Position numbers and translations under genes: made by a program. A stretch of DNA of 64,000 bases from assembly GCA_035635475.1 (NCBI GenBank), contig DASQAZ010000117.1, positions 21,988 through 85,987 of the forward strand, written 5' to 3'. Below the pieces are notes generated by a model, which ran no database searches, had not been told where the DNA came from, and saw only the letters and a program-made list of their open reading frames with translations. Positions 40,205 through 48,230 of the stretch are shown in pieces. How positions within the stretch are numbered: the stretch's first letter is position 1; each line of letters opens with the position of its first letter. The stretch comes from Bacteroidota bacterium. Its GTDB lineage: Bacteria; Bacteroidota; Ignavibacteria; UBA10030; SZUA-254.

Positions 40205-41062
40205 ATGACCGGGCAGATCCGCTCCGCCGGCGCTTCCTCTCCCCGGCTTGACGAAACAGATTTCCTGGTAGTCGACGTCGAGACAACAGGACTGTCCGCC
40301 GAAGGCGGGGATCGCGTCTGCGAACTCGGGGCTGTCAAGCTGCGGGGCGGCGCCGTCATCGCCACGCTCGGAACATTGATCGATCCCTGCCGGCCTATCT
40401 CAAACGGAGCGTACGCCGTCAATCACATCTCCCCCGAGATGCTTCGGGACGCGCCGGTCTTCACCGGTGTGGCCGAGCGGTTGTGGGGCATGATGCAGGA
40501 CTCGATTCTTGTGGCCTACAACGCCCCCTTCGATCTCTCCTTTCTTGCCGTCGAATTCCGTCTCCTTGGCTATCCGCCCATCCTCAATCCCGTAGTCGAT
40601 GCTTTGGCGATTGCCCGCCGTCTGCTTCCAGGGCTCGAACGATACCCTCAGGGAAATGTGGCACGAATCCTCGGAATCGGGGGCTCGGTGCAACACCGCG
40701 CGCTCGAGGATGCGATGGTCACCGCGAAGATCTTCACGGTTTTTTCATCGATCCTCAAGGCGTACGATTGCACGGCCGTCTCTGATCTGAACCGCAGGGA
40801 TCTACTTCAGGTGCTCTACAACCGGAGAATGAGCATCCTGACCGATGCCCTGTCGAGCGCACGCGATGTCTGGATCAAGTACCTCTCCCCTTCCAACGGG
40901 GAGATTTCGGACCGGATCGTCTCGCCCAAGGAACTCAGCGGGAAAAGCCCCGGCGCGGAGGCCCGCTATCTCATCGCCTATTGCCACACGGCAAAGGGCG
41001 AGAGAGATTTCAGGATCGACCGCATCCTCGATCTCCGGTTGATGGATTCCAAATCGGTGTGA
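40205..41062 (+). CDS. DnaQ-like DEDDh 3'-5' exonuclease fused to a C-terminal WYL domain
   Basis: Exo I VVDVETTGLS, Exo II LVAYNAPFDLSFL, Exo III HRALEDAMVTA (DEDDh). The C-terminal ~100 aa carry the WYL signature VWIKYLSPSNGEISDRIVSPKELSG...YLIAYCHTAKGERDFRIDRILDL. Confidence 0.7.
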   Translation: MTGQIRSAGASSPRLDETDFLVVDVETTGLSAEGGDRVCELGAVKLRGGAVIATLGTLIDPCRPISNGAYAVNHISPEMLRDAPVFTGVAERLWGMMQDSILVAYNAPFDLSFLAVEFRLLGYPPILNPVVDALAIARRLLPGLERYPQGNVARILGIGGSVQHRALEDAMVTAKIFTVFSSILKAYDCTAVSDLNRRDLLQVLYNRRMSILTDALSSARDVWIKYLSPSNGEISDRIVSPKELSGKSPGAEARYLIAYCHTAKGERDFRIDRILDLRLMDSKSV

Positions 41063-41083
41063 CCCCGCAGCGGGGGGCGGGAA

Positions 41084-44000
41084 TCAGGAGACGGGATGAA
41101 TCGGAAGGCGGATCACGAACGCAGTGCCCTCGCGGGCGTCATTACGGGCTTCCACGCTGCCGCGGTGACTCTCCACGATCCACTTGACAAGCGCCAGCCC
41201 CAATCCTGTTCCCCCTCCCATTGAGCTCTCCGATTGCCCGCTCCTGAACGGATCAAAGATATTCGGGAGGATTTCGGACGAAATGCCCTTGCCGGAGTTG
41301 AAAAATCTGAAGACGAGTTCATGTTCCTCCGCCGTGTAGCTCAGGCGAATTCTTCCCTTGGCAGGGGTAAACTTGATCGCATTGTCGAGAAGATTAAAGA
41401 GTATGTGGCGCATCTGGCCGGGGTCGGCCCGGATAGACACCGGGGGTCCCTTTCTCAGCACCATGCTGATTTTCTTCTCGCGCGTTAATATCTGCGATTC
41501 ACGATAGAATTCCCTTAACAGGTCGTAGAAATTGATATCCGTTAGATCCAGTTTGAATGTGCCGGCCTGCATCCTGCTTAAACTAAGCAGCTCGTCGACG
41601 ACCCTCGTGAGGTGGAGGACTTCATCGTACGTCTCGCTCAATGCCCTCCGCAGCGACTGGCTGGAGAGGTCGGGCCTCAGGGCGTTCTCGAGCTGACTCC
41701 TGAGGATTGTGAGGGGCGTGCGCAACTGATGGGAGGCCATCGATGAAAGACTCAGCGTTCGCTGAGCGCGCGCGCGAATCTTCTCCACAACCTCATTGAT
41801 GTCCCGCGCCAGGTCATGCCTCCTCCGGGCCGGGTCTGTGCCCAGCCGTTGAAATCCTTCGGCGGAAGGGAGCCGCTCTTCGGAACCGGTATCGAATAGT
41901 CTCTCGATCCGGACGGCCGCCTGCCACAATACTTCTTCTGCCTTCGCGATCTCGCTGATATCGCGAGCGACCCCGATGAGGCCCAGGACCGTCCCTTTGC
42001 CGTCCCTGATCTGCGACGTGCTGAGAAAGACGGGAAAGTCCCTGCCGTCCTTCGTCCGGTTGAGCAGTTCCCCCGCCCAACCGCGCCGGCGGGAGTGTTC
42101 GAAGATCTGCCGTGAGAGCTCCGGCGATGTCGAGGGAGAACGAACGACATCCGGGAATTTCCCCAGGATTTCCTTCTCGGCGTAGCCGTACTTGTCAAGA
42201 AACGCCCGGTTGGCAAAGATGATCCGGTTTTCGAGATTCGTTATGCAGATCATCTCGGTGGTACTCTCCAGGGCCTGCGCAAGAAGCCGGATTTGTTTTT
42301 CAGTCTGCCTCTGCTGCGTAATATCGCGTCCGGTCGTCGAGGCTCCGCTGATCCAACCGGCCTCCTCTGTAATCGGCGAGACCGTGAGAGACAACATGAT
42401 CCGCCGTCCGTCCTTATGCAGGCACTCTGTTTCGTAATGCTCCAGCGCCTCTCCGCGCTTGATCGTGTCGAGGATTTGCCGCAGATCATCGGGATGGTCC
42501 GCCGGAATCAGAGTCGAGATCGGGCGGCCGATCATGTCCTCGGCGGCATATCCGTACACGCGCTCAGCCCCCCGGTTCCAGCTCGTGATGATGCCCTCCG
42601 TGGTCTGACTGATGATGGCATCGTCCGAAGATTCGATGATCGCCGCAAATTTGATCAGCGCCTCCTGAGCCCGCTTGTGCACGGTCATGTCGACGATCGA
42701 TACCAGAACCGTCGAATACGTTTCCTCACTCCCCGGCGGAACCGACCACTTCAGATAGATGTTGATCGTCTCCCCCCGGAAAGTCTTATTGACATCCTCG
42801 CTCTCGAAGACCGTCTTGCCCTGGGCGACCGCGGTCACCTCTTCTCTGAACACTTGATAGGATTCCCGGCTCAAGACTCTCTGCAGTCCCTCCAGGAAGT
42901 CCGATTTGCTTCGGGCTTCATAGAGACGAAGGGTCGCCTGGTTCACGTCGACCACTTTCACCTTCGCGGCACATTCCGCCACCGCCTCCGGGTGCGTTCT
43001 GAAATGCAGGGCAACGTCCGAAACCCCCTTCGCGCGCAATCCGTCGACGAACTTCTTGACCTCCGAGAAGTCTTCTTCCCAGAGCGAGATGGGTGAGTTT
43101 TCGAAGAATCCCCGGTATCGCTCCCTGCTCTGAAAGAGCGTCTCCTCCGCCTGGATCCGTTCCCCGATCTCGTGAGCGAGAGCGTCATTCACCCCCGCCA
43201 GTTCGGCGGTTCGTTCGCGAACGCGTTGTTCAAGCTCGTCGTTGAGCTTCCGGACTTCCTCTTCCGCCTGCCAGCGTTCGGTGATGTCCTGAGACGTGCC
43301 TGCCATGCGCTCGGGGATGCCGGCATCGGATTTGATCACCTTCCCCTCCCCATGGACGATGCGGACGATGCCGTCGGGACGAACGATGCGGTGGTCGAAC
43401 GCAAACGGCTCTCCGGTCCTTTCCGATTGCTCGACACGGGCCTTCACTCTCGCCCGGTCGTCGGGATGGACAGCCGTCAGGAAGCTTTCGTATGTCCCCT
43501 CGAACCCCTTCCGGTTCACTCCGTAGATATCATAGAGCTCGTCGGACCACGTGATCCGGTTTTCAACGATATTCCACTCCCAGCTCCCGATATGGGCCTG
43601 CTCCTGCGCCTCGGTCAGCATTCTGTTGACCTCGCTCAGCTGCACCGTTCGCAGGCGGACCCGGTCCTCGAGCTCATCCCGGGCCGTTTGAAGGGATTCA
43701 ATCGCCTCGCGGCGCTCGGCGCCTGCAGCAGCCAGGCAGAGAGTCGTCAGAGCTACGACCCCCATGAACATTTGCAGCGCCAAGAGGCGCTCGTCAATCG
43801 TATGGCCCTTGAAGGGCCCTGATCCCAATGACTCAAACCAGATCGCAACGATCGAGAGAACAAACGTCGAGGTCGTGGCTCCCTTCTGTCCGAACCGCAA
43901 GGCTGCCCAGATCAGGACGGGAAAGATATAGTAGGGTCTGATGTATCGTGCCAGAGCGGGCTGGAACCAATCGCCGAAATTTATCATCGCTACCGCGGCC

Positions 44001-44596
44001 AGAACGACGACGAGGATTGCAGCTTCGAGTTTTCGCAAAAACGAATGACCCTGGGGCGGCGTGCGAAGCCACGCGGTGATCAACGGACAAACGACAAGCG
44101 CTCCGATCGCATCGCCGATCCACCAGGTCATCCAGGTGTAGCCGAAACCTCCCGAATCAATTTTCCCGGCGATCCACAGGCTTGACACGCCGATGCTGGG
44201 ACTGACGGCGGTGCTGAAGAGCACGCACAGGATCACAAAACCGAGAACATCCCGCACCCGTTCGAGCCCTACATGAAACCCGCCCCGGCGGAACAGGTAA
44301 ACCGCAACAACCGCTTCCAGCATGTTGCCGATTCCGATCGAGAGCGCAACCGGGATCGGCGCGCCCACCGTGGCATTTGCCAGGAATGCGCCGAGCAGCA
44401 CACCCGGCCACAGCCGGTATCCGAAGATCAGAAGGGCAGCAATGGATATTCCCGTGGGGGGCCAGACGAGCGTGGCAAATCCGGAGACCGCATTGATCGC
44501 TAATCCCAGTCGCGCCGCCCCGAAATAGACGGCAGCGAGAATTACAATCTCCACCGCTTGCCGGGCGCGGGAGGGCGTTTCAGTTCGCGGGGACAT
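41084..44596 (-). CDS. sensor histidine kinase with N-terminal MASE1 membrane domain and four PAS domains
   Basis: MASE1-like multi-TM N-terminus. Repeated PAS segments. HisKA H-box SMASHQLRTPLTILRSQLE. HATPase_c (GTGLGLALV). Start taken at MSPRTETPS (44596). The ORF opens at 44647. Confidence 0.85.
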   Translation of the reverse strand: MSPRTETPSRARQAVEIVILAAVYFGAARLGLAINAVSGFATLVWPPTGISIAALLIFGYRLWPGVLLGAFLANATVGAPIPVALSIGIGNMLEAVVAVYLFRRGGFHVGLERVRDVLGFVILCVLFSTAVSPSIGVSSLWIAGKIDSGGFGYTWMTWWIGDAIGALVVCPLITAWLRTPPQGHSFLRKLEAAILVVVLAAVAMINFGDWFQPALARYIRPYYIFPVLIWAALRFGQKGATTSTFVLSIVAIWFESLGSGPFKGHTIDERLLALQMFMGVVALTTLCLAAAGAERREAIESLQTARDELEDRVRLRTVQLSEVNRMLTEAQEQAHIGSWEWNIVENRITWSDELYDIYGVNRKGFEGTYESFLTAVHPDDRARVKARVEQSERTGEPFAFDHRIVRPDGIVRIVHGEGKVIKSDAGIPERMAGTSQDITERWQAEEEVRKLNDELEQRVRERTAELAGVNDALAHEIGERIQAEETLFQSRERYRGFFENSPISLWEEDFSEVKKFVDGLRAKGVSDVALHFRTHPEAVAECAAKVKVVDVNQATLRLYEARSKSDFLEGLQRVLSRESYQVFREEVTAVAQGKTVFESEDVNKTFRGETINIYLKWSVPPGSEETYSTVLVSIVDMTVHKRAQEALIKFAAIIESSDDAIISQTTEGIITSWNRGAERVYGYAAEDMIGRPISTLIPADHPDDLRQILDTIKRGEALEHYETECLHKDGRRIMLSLTVSPITEEAGWISGASTTGRDITQQRQTEKQIRLLAQALESTTEMICITNLENRIIFANRAFLDKYGYAEKEILGKFPDVVRSPSTSPELSRQIFEHSRRRGWAGELLNRTKDGRDFPVFLSTSQIRDGKGTVLGLIGVARDISEIAKAEEVLWQAAVRIERLFDTGSEERLPSAEGFQRLGTDPARRRHDLARDINEVVEKIRARAQRTLSLSSMASHQLRTPLTILRSQLENALRPDLSSQSLRRALSETYDEVLHLTRVVDELLSLSRMQAGTFKLDLTDINFYDLLREFYRESQILTREKKISMVLRKGPPVSIRADPGQMRHILFNLLDNAIKFTPAKGRIRLSYTAEEHELVFRFFNSGKGISSEILPNIFDPFRSGQSESSMGGGTGLGLALVKWIVESHRGSVEARNDAREGTAFVIRLPIHPVS

Positions 44597-44643
44597 TGAT
44601 ATGGGGGGGAAAGGGGCCGGGGGCTTCACCCCGCCGGTTCGAG

Positions 44644-45318
44644 TCAACGATCGATGAGGATGAACCCTTCCCCATGCATCGTGTGGATGAGCTTTCTTGA
44701 AAAGCCTTTATCGAGGGCATTGCGCAGGTAGCTGATGTACACATCGACGATGTTCGTACCGGTTTCGAACTTGTACCCCCAAATCTGCTCAATCAGCCGT
44801 TTACGCGTGAGGATTTGGTTCTTATTTCGAAGAAGAAATTCCAGGAGTGAAAACTCCTTTTCACTCAGCGGAATCTTTTCGCCCGCGCGCTCCACGGTCC
44901 GCCGTACGACATCCATCGTGAGATCGGCTGCCTGCAGAACGGCTGTCCGGGAGAAACCGGAGCGCCGGAGAACGGCTTCGATACGCGCGACCAGCTCGCC
45001 GGAGTCGAACGGCTTTGCGAGGTAATCGTCGGCCCCGGTCCTCAGGCCTTCGATGCGGTGCTCGACCCCCTCCAATGCGGTCAGAATAAGCACGGGAGTC
45101 GCATACGACGCAGCGCGGAGATCACGCAATACCTCCAGACCCGACTTCTTCGGCAGATTGAGGTCGAGCACGATTATATCATATCCCCCTCGTCTCGCCC
45201 GCGCCTCTGCATCGATGCCATCCCCCGCGATCTCGACGAAATTGCCGGCCCGTTCGAGCTGTTCCTTGATTGATCGCGCCAGCTTCTTCTCGTCTTCGAC
45301 GAGCAGGATGCGAATCAT
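44644..45318 (-). CDS. OmpR-family two-component response regulator (REC + winged-helix Trans_reg_C)
   Basis: MIRILLVEDE...IIVLDLNLP receiver. C-terminal wHTH with LTRKRLIEQIWGY. ATG at 45318..45316. The ORF track extends it 43 codons upstream. Confidence 0.85.
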   Translation of the reverse strand: MIRILLVEDEKKLARSIKEQLERAGNFVEIAGDGIDAEARARRGGYDIIVLDLNLPKKSGLEVLRDLRAASYATPVLILTALEGVEHRIEGLRTGADDYLAKPFDSGELVARIEAVLRRSGFSRTAVLQAADLTMDVVRRTVERAGEKIPLSEKEFSLLEFLLRNKNQILTRKRLIEQIWGYKFETGTNIVDVYISYLRNALDKGFSRKLIHTMHGEGFILIDR

Positions 45319-45745
45319 CGGCTTTCCATCTACCAATTCCCGACGCATGAGATTCGTCCGGTCATGGTGATCCAAAAGGGTGGCACTGCCACCGATCGAA
45401 GGGTCAGCGCCCGCTTGAAGGGCCATGTGCCCCGACCGCTGAGGCAAGCCCTGTTGCGCGGATCTGAAGCAACGAATGAGACAGGATCCCCTCGACGAAA
45501 TGCCACGCCCCCGAAAGTCACGGAAATATAGGGAGCCTTGGGGTCATTGTCAATTTGAAATCCTTTTCCGGGATGCTCCCGGCCGCAAATGGGGCCGGAG
45601 CGATGGATATTCAACCGCCCGGGGGTAGCAAAGGGAAGGGTTTCTAAGAAAATTCTAATGAACATTAGCGCATTTTAACTTGCTAATTGCCAGGTTTGAG
45701 ATTACCTTGAAATGGTGGATTAGTGGAGGCTGTACATGGGGTGAT

Positions 45746-45780
45746 GGGAGGGTGAAGCATAGGTCGCCCTCCTTTTTTTT
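45746..45780 (+). terminator. rho-independent terminator (plus-strand orientation)
   Basis: GGGAGGG-(14 nt loop)-CCCTCC followed by T8 (45773..45780). There is no annotated plus-strand CDS upstream of it, so it may mark a candidate sRNA 3' end. Confidence 0.5.
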
Positions 45781-45828
45781 GCCCCCAAAGCTCCCGCTCT
45801 CGATCCAGGGAAGTGCGGGGTTTTTTAT

Positions 45829-46455
45829 TTAATACCCCCCGCGAAACTTCTCCCTGAGATCGAGAATATGCAGCGCGATAGCGTTACGAACTTCCGCTGC
45901 CTCCCTCGTAAGATCGAAGAACACCTCACCCTCAACGATGCGCCGCTGCCTCATCTCACGGAGAGCGGCAATCGAGCAATTCGCCGCTGCGAGCCCGCGC
46001 TTGCAGTAGGCGATGTTGCCGCCCAGCTCTTCCAGATCGTCGCCGATCGACGTACCCCCTGCGATCTTTGCCGGAGCAATCATCGCGCTCGAAACAAAAT
46101 CGACCACTGCCGAAGCGAGGCGTGCATGTTCGGGAAGCGAGTCGACGAGACGCAGTGCGCGCAGCGCGAACGATTGCGCGAGCAAATAGACGGGAATCCC
46201 CGCACAATCCCCTACACAGAACGGCTCATTTTCTCCGAAGCCCACGGAGGCCTTCCACTCCTCCCCCTCATCGAGCTCTTCATCCTCACGATCCGGTGCA
46301 GCGCCCCACACGGGGCCCGGCATCCATCCCCATCCTATCGCACGCGCAATGGAATGAGCTCGGAAGATGAGGTCCATACACCGCTCGACCTTCCTGTCCT
46401 GCTCGCGCATGAACTCCTCCCACCGAAACTCATCCCATATTTCCTTTTCGTCCAT
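45829..46455 (-). CDS. hypothetical protein
   Basis: Start taken at MDEKEIWDEFRWEEFMREQ (46455). The ORF opens at 46536 with a low-complexity extension. Acidic stretch DREDEELDEGEE. No recognisable family. Confidence 0.4.
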   Translation of the reverse strand: MDEKEIWDEFRWEEFMREQDRKVERCMDLIFRAHSIARAIGWGWMPGPVWGAAPDREDEELDEGEEWKASVGFGENEPFCVGDCAGIPVYLLAQSFALRALRLVDSLPEHARLASAVVDFVSSAMIAPAKIAGGTSIGDDLEELGGNIAYCKRGLAAANCSIAALREMRQRRIVEGEVFFDLTREAAEVRNAIALHILDLREKFRGGY

Positions 46456-46492
46456 CAAGCGGCCTCTGTTGGCTGAAAACGTGGGTCGTATT

Positions 46493-47065
46493 TTACGACT
46501 GTCCGGGCGCGCGTTGAAGGAGTCTGCGGCGGACAAGCACCGCGGCGCCGAGCTTCAGCATATCCCAGAAAGAAAAAATCAGGAAGCCGTTCCGGAAGGC
46601 ATCGGCGAAGTCATGGTCGTAGAAGACAAACAACTGAAGCGTGCCGAGGCTGAAGATTGTCAGGAGGCCGACCGTCATCGAGATTGCCGTCCAAAGAATG
46701 CTTCGATTTCGCTGAACGAGGTAGCCGACGACGAAGGCGGCGATGGGAAAACCGATGAGATAACCGCCCGTCGGCCCTGCCAGCTTTGCGAGGCCGTATC
46801 CCCAGTGGGAAAACACCGGGAGCCCCGCGGCGCCGGCGGCAAGATACATGAGCTGGCTTAGCGCGCCATTTCGTTTCCCGAGAAGGGCCCCCGCGAGCAG
46901 GACAAAAAACGTTTGAAGGGTGTAGGGAACCGGCTGATGGGGTATTTCAATCTGAGCGCCGACTGCGGTCGCCCCTGCGAACGCAAGCATCCACAGCGTT
47001 TGGGCCAGAGCGGATTGTTCTTCGAGAACCGATGACCGGATCGACGCAGCCTGAAGCATTTCCAT
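46493..47065 (-). CDS. bioY: biotin transporter BioY (ECF-type S component)
   Basis: BioY signature VPYTLQTFFVLLAGALLG...YLAAGAAGLPVFS. Confidence 0.8.
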   Translation of the reverse strand: MEMLQAASIRSSVLEEQSALAQTLWMLAFAGATAVGAQIEIPHQPVPYTLQTFFVLLAGALLGKRNGALSQLMYLAAGAAGLPVFSHWGYGLAKLAGPTGGYLIGFPIAAFVVGYLVQRNRSILWTAISMTVGLLTIFSLGTLQLFVFYDHDFADAFRNGFLIFSFWDMLKLGAAVLVRRRLLQRAPGQS

Positions 47066-47073
47066 AGGAGCTC

Positions 47074-47931
47074 CTAGATGATGTGATTGTGTAACCAGCC
47101 GACCGTCAATTCGATCACGCTGTCCAGAGTTCGGAATTGGTCCTCGTCCCTGGATGACGCTTTAAAAAGATGCCCGGCCTTCGCGATCGGTTCATACTCA
47201 GTCGTCGATTTGGGTGCGCGCATATACAGCATTTCCGCCTCTCTGATCGGAACCGAAACGTCCGCTTCACCGTGGAGCAGAAGCCACGGCACGCCGACCC
47301 TTCCAGCGGCATCTGCGATGCTCAGTTCACGCGGGTGCTGCTCCAGATCGTTGAGCAGATTGATACCTAATCGAAGCGGACCGGCAGCGGTATCCCGGGA
47401 CAGCGGGAGATAACCGAGCTTTCTCCACGTCAGTTTCTGATGCTGCGTCCACCGGTCGAATGTCGACACTGCCGACCATGTGACAAGCCCGCCGACCCTT
47501 CGGTCGATCGCCGCGCGGATGATTGCCACTCCGCCGCCCCGCGAATGCCCCAGAATGACGATCTTGCCGGCATCGAGAATCCCCGGCCCGATCTTTCCGT
47601 CTGCTACGGCATCAATAACGGCCCCGAGATCCGCGATTTCCCGTGAAATCGTATTCGCCTCGAAGCGGTCGAATCTCGTGATCCGGTCTTCATCGTCTTC
47701 GACGCCGTTCTGCGAAAAATTGAACGTTATGGCGCCGAATCCCTTTTCGGCGAACTGTTCGCCAGCATGCGGAAAGAAGCCCCAATCCTTGAACGCCATG
47801 AAACTGTGGCAGATGATCAGAACCGGCTTCTTCCGAACGGCGCCGTTCTGGAACCGGAGGTCGCCGTGCAGGGGTTCGTGGGAAAGGTTCGTGAGTGTGA
47901 ACGGCTCGCGAACGAGGAGAGTCTCGACCAT
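47074..47931 (-). CDS. α/β-hydrolase fold protein (dienelactone hydrolase/BAAT-like)
   Basis: Nucleophile elbow GHSRGG. C-terminal acid/His (LLLHGEADVSVP...AGHLF). Confidence 0.7.
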   Translation of the reverse strand: MVETLLVREPFTLTNLSHEPLHGDLRFQNGAVRKKPVLIICHSFMAFKDWGFFPHAGEQFAEKGFGAITFNFSQNGVEDDEDRITRFDRFEANTISREIADLGAVIDAVADGKIGPGILDAGKIVILGHSRGGGVAIIRAAIDRRVGGLVTWSAVSTFDRWTQHQKLTWRKLGYLPLSRDTAAGPLRLGINLLNDLEQHPRELSIADAAGRVGVPWLLLHGEADVSVPIREAEMLYMRAPKSTTEYEPIAKAGHLFKASSRDEDQFRTLDSVIELTVGWLHNHII

Positions 47932-48230
47932 CTTTGATCAAAATACGAAATCGGCACCCCCTTGTCAAGGTACTCTTGGCGGGCCGGGCCACCCCCCGCG
48001 TGCCTGAAAATGAAGCAATTTTAATGGTAAAAGGGCTTGAGATTACATCAGGCATTTGCTATATTTAAGAAGCGGTAACCGGGAAATTCCATCGCGACGG
48101 GGACTCAGCCCCCTTGGACTGCGCGCACTCACTCCGAAAATCGTCAACTCTATTGATGTCCGGACCTGCTCCGGGTCGGCAACTCGAAAGAAACAAAACT
48201 TCTGATCAAATTCTGTAAGGGTAGATCGGT

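Noticed and set aside
42293-43822. Plus-strand ORFs 42293..43096 and 43172..43822
   Set aside because: Antisense to the MASE1-PAS kinase gene.
45801-45845. Hairpin GCGGGG-N15-CCCCGC overlapping the stop codon of the 45829..46455 gene
   Set aside because: There is no U-tract following it on the minus strand, so it is not a convincing intrinsic terminator for that gene. It is noted only as local secondary structure.
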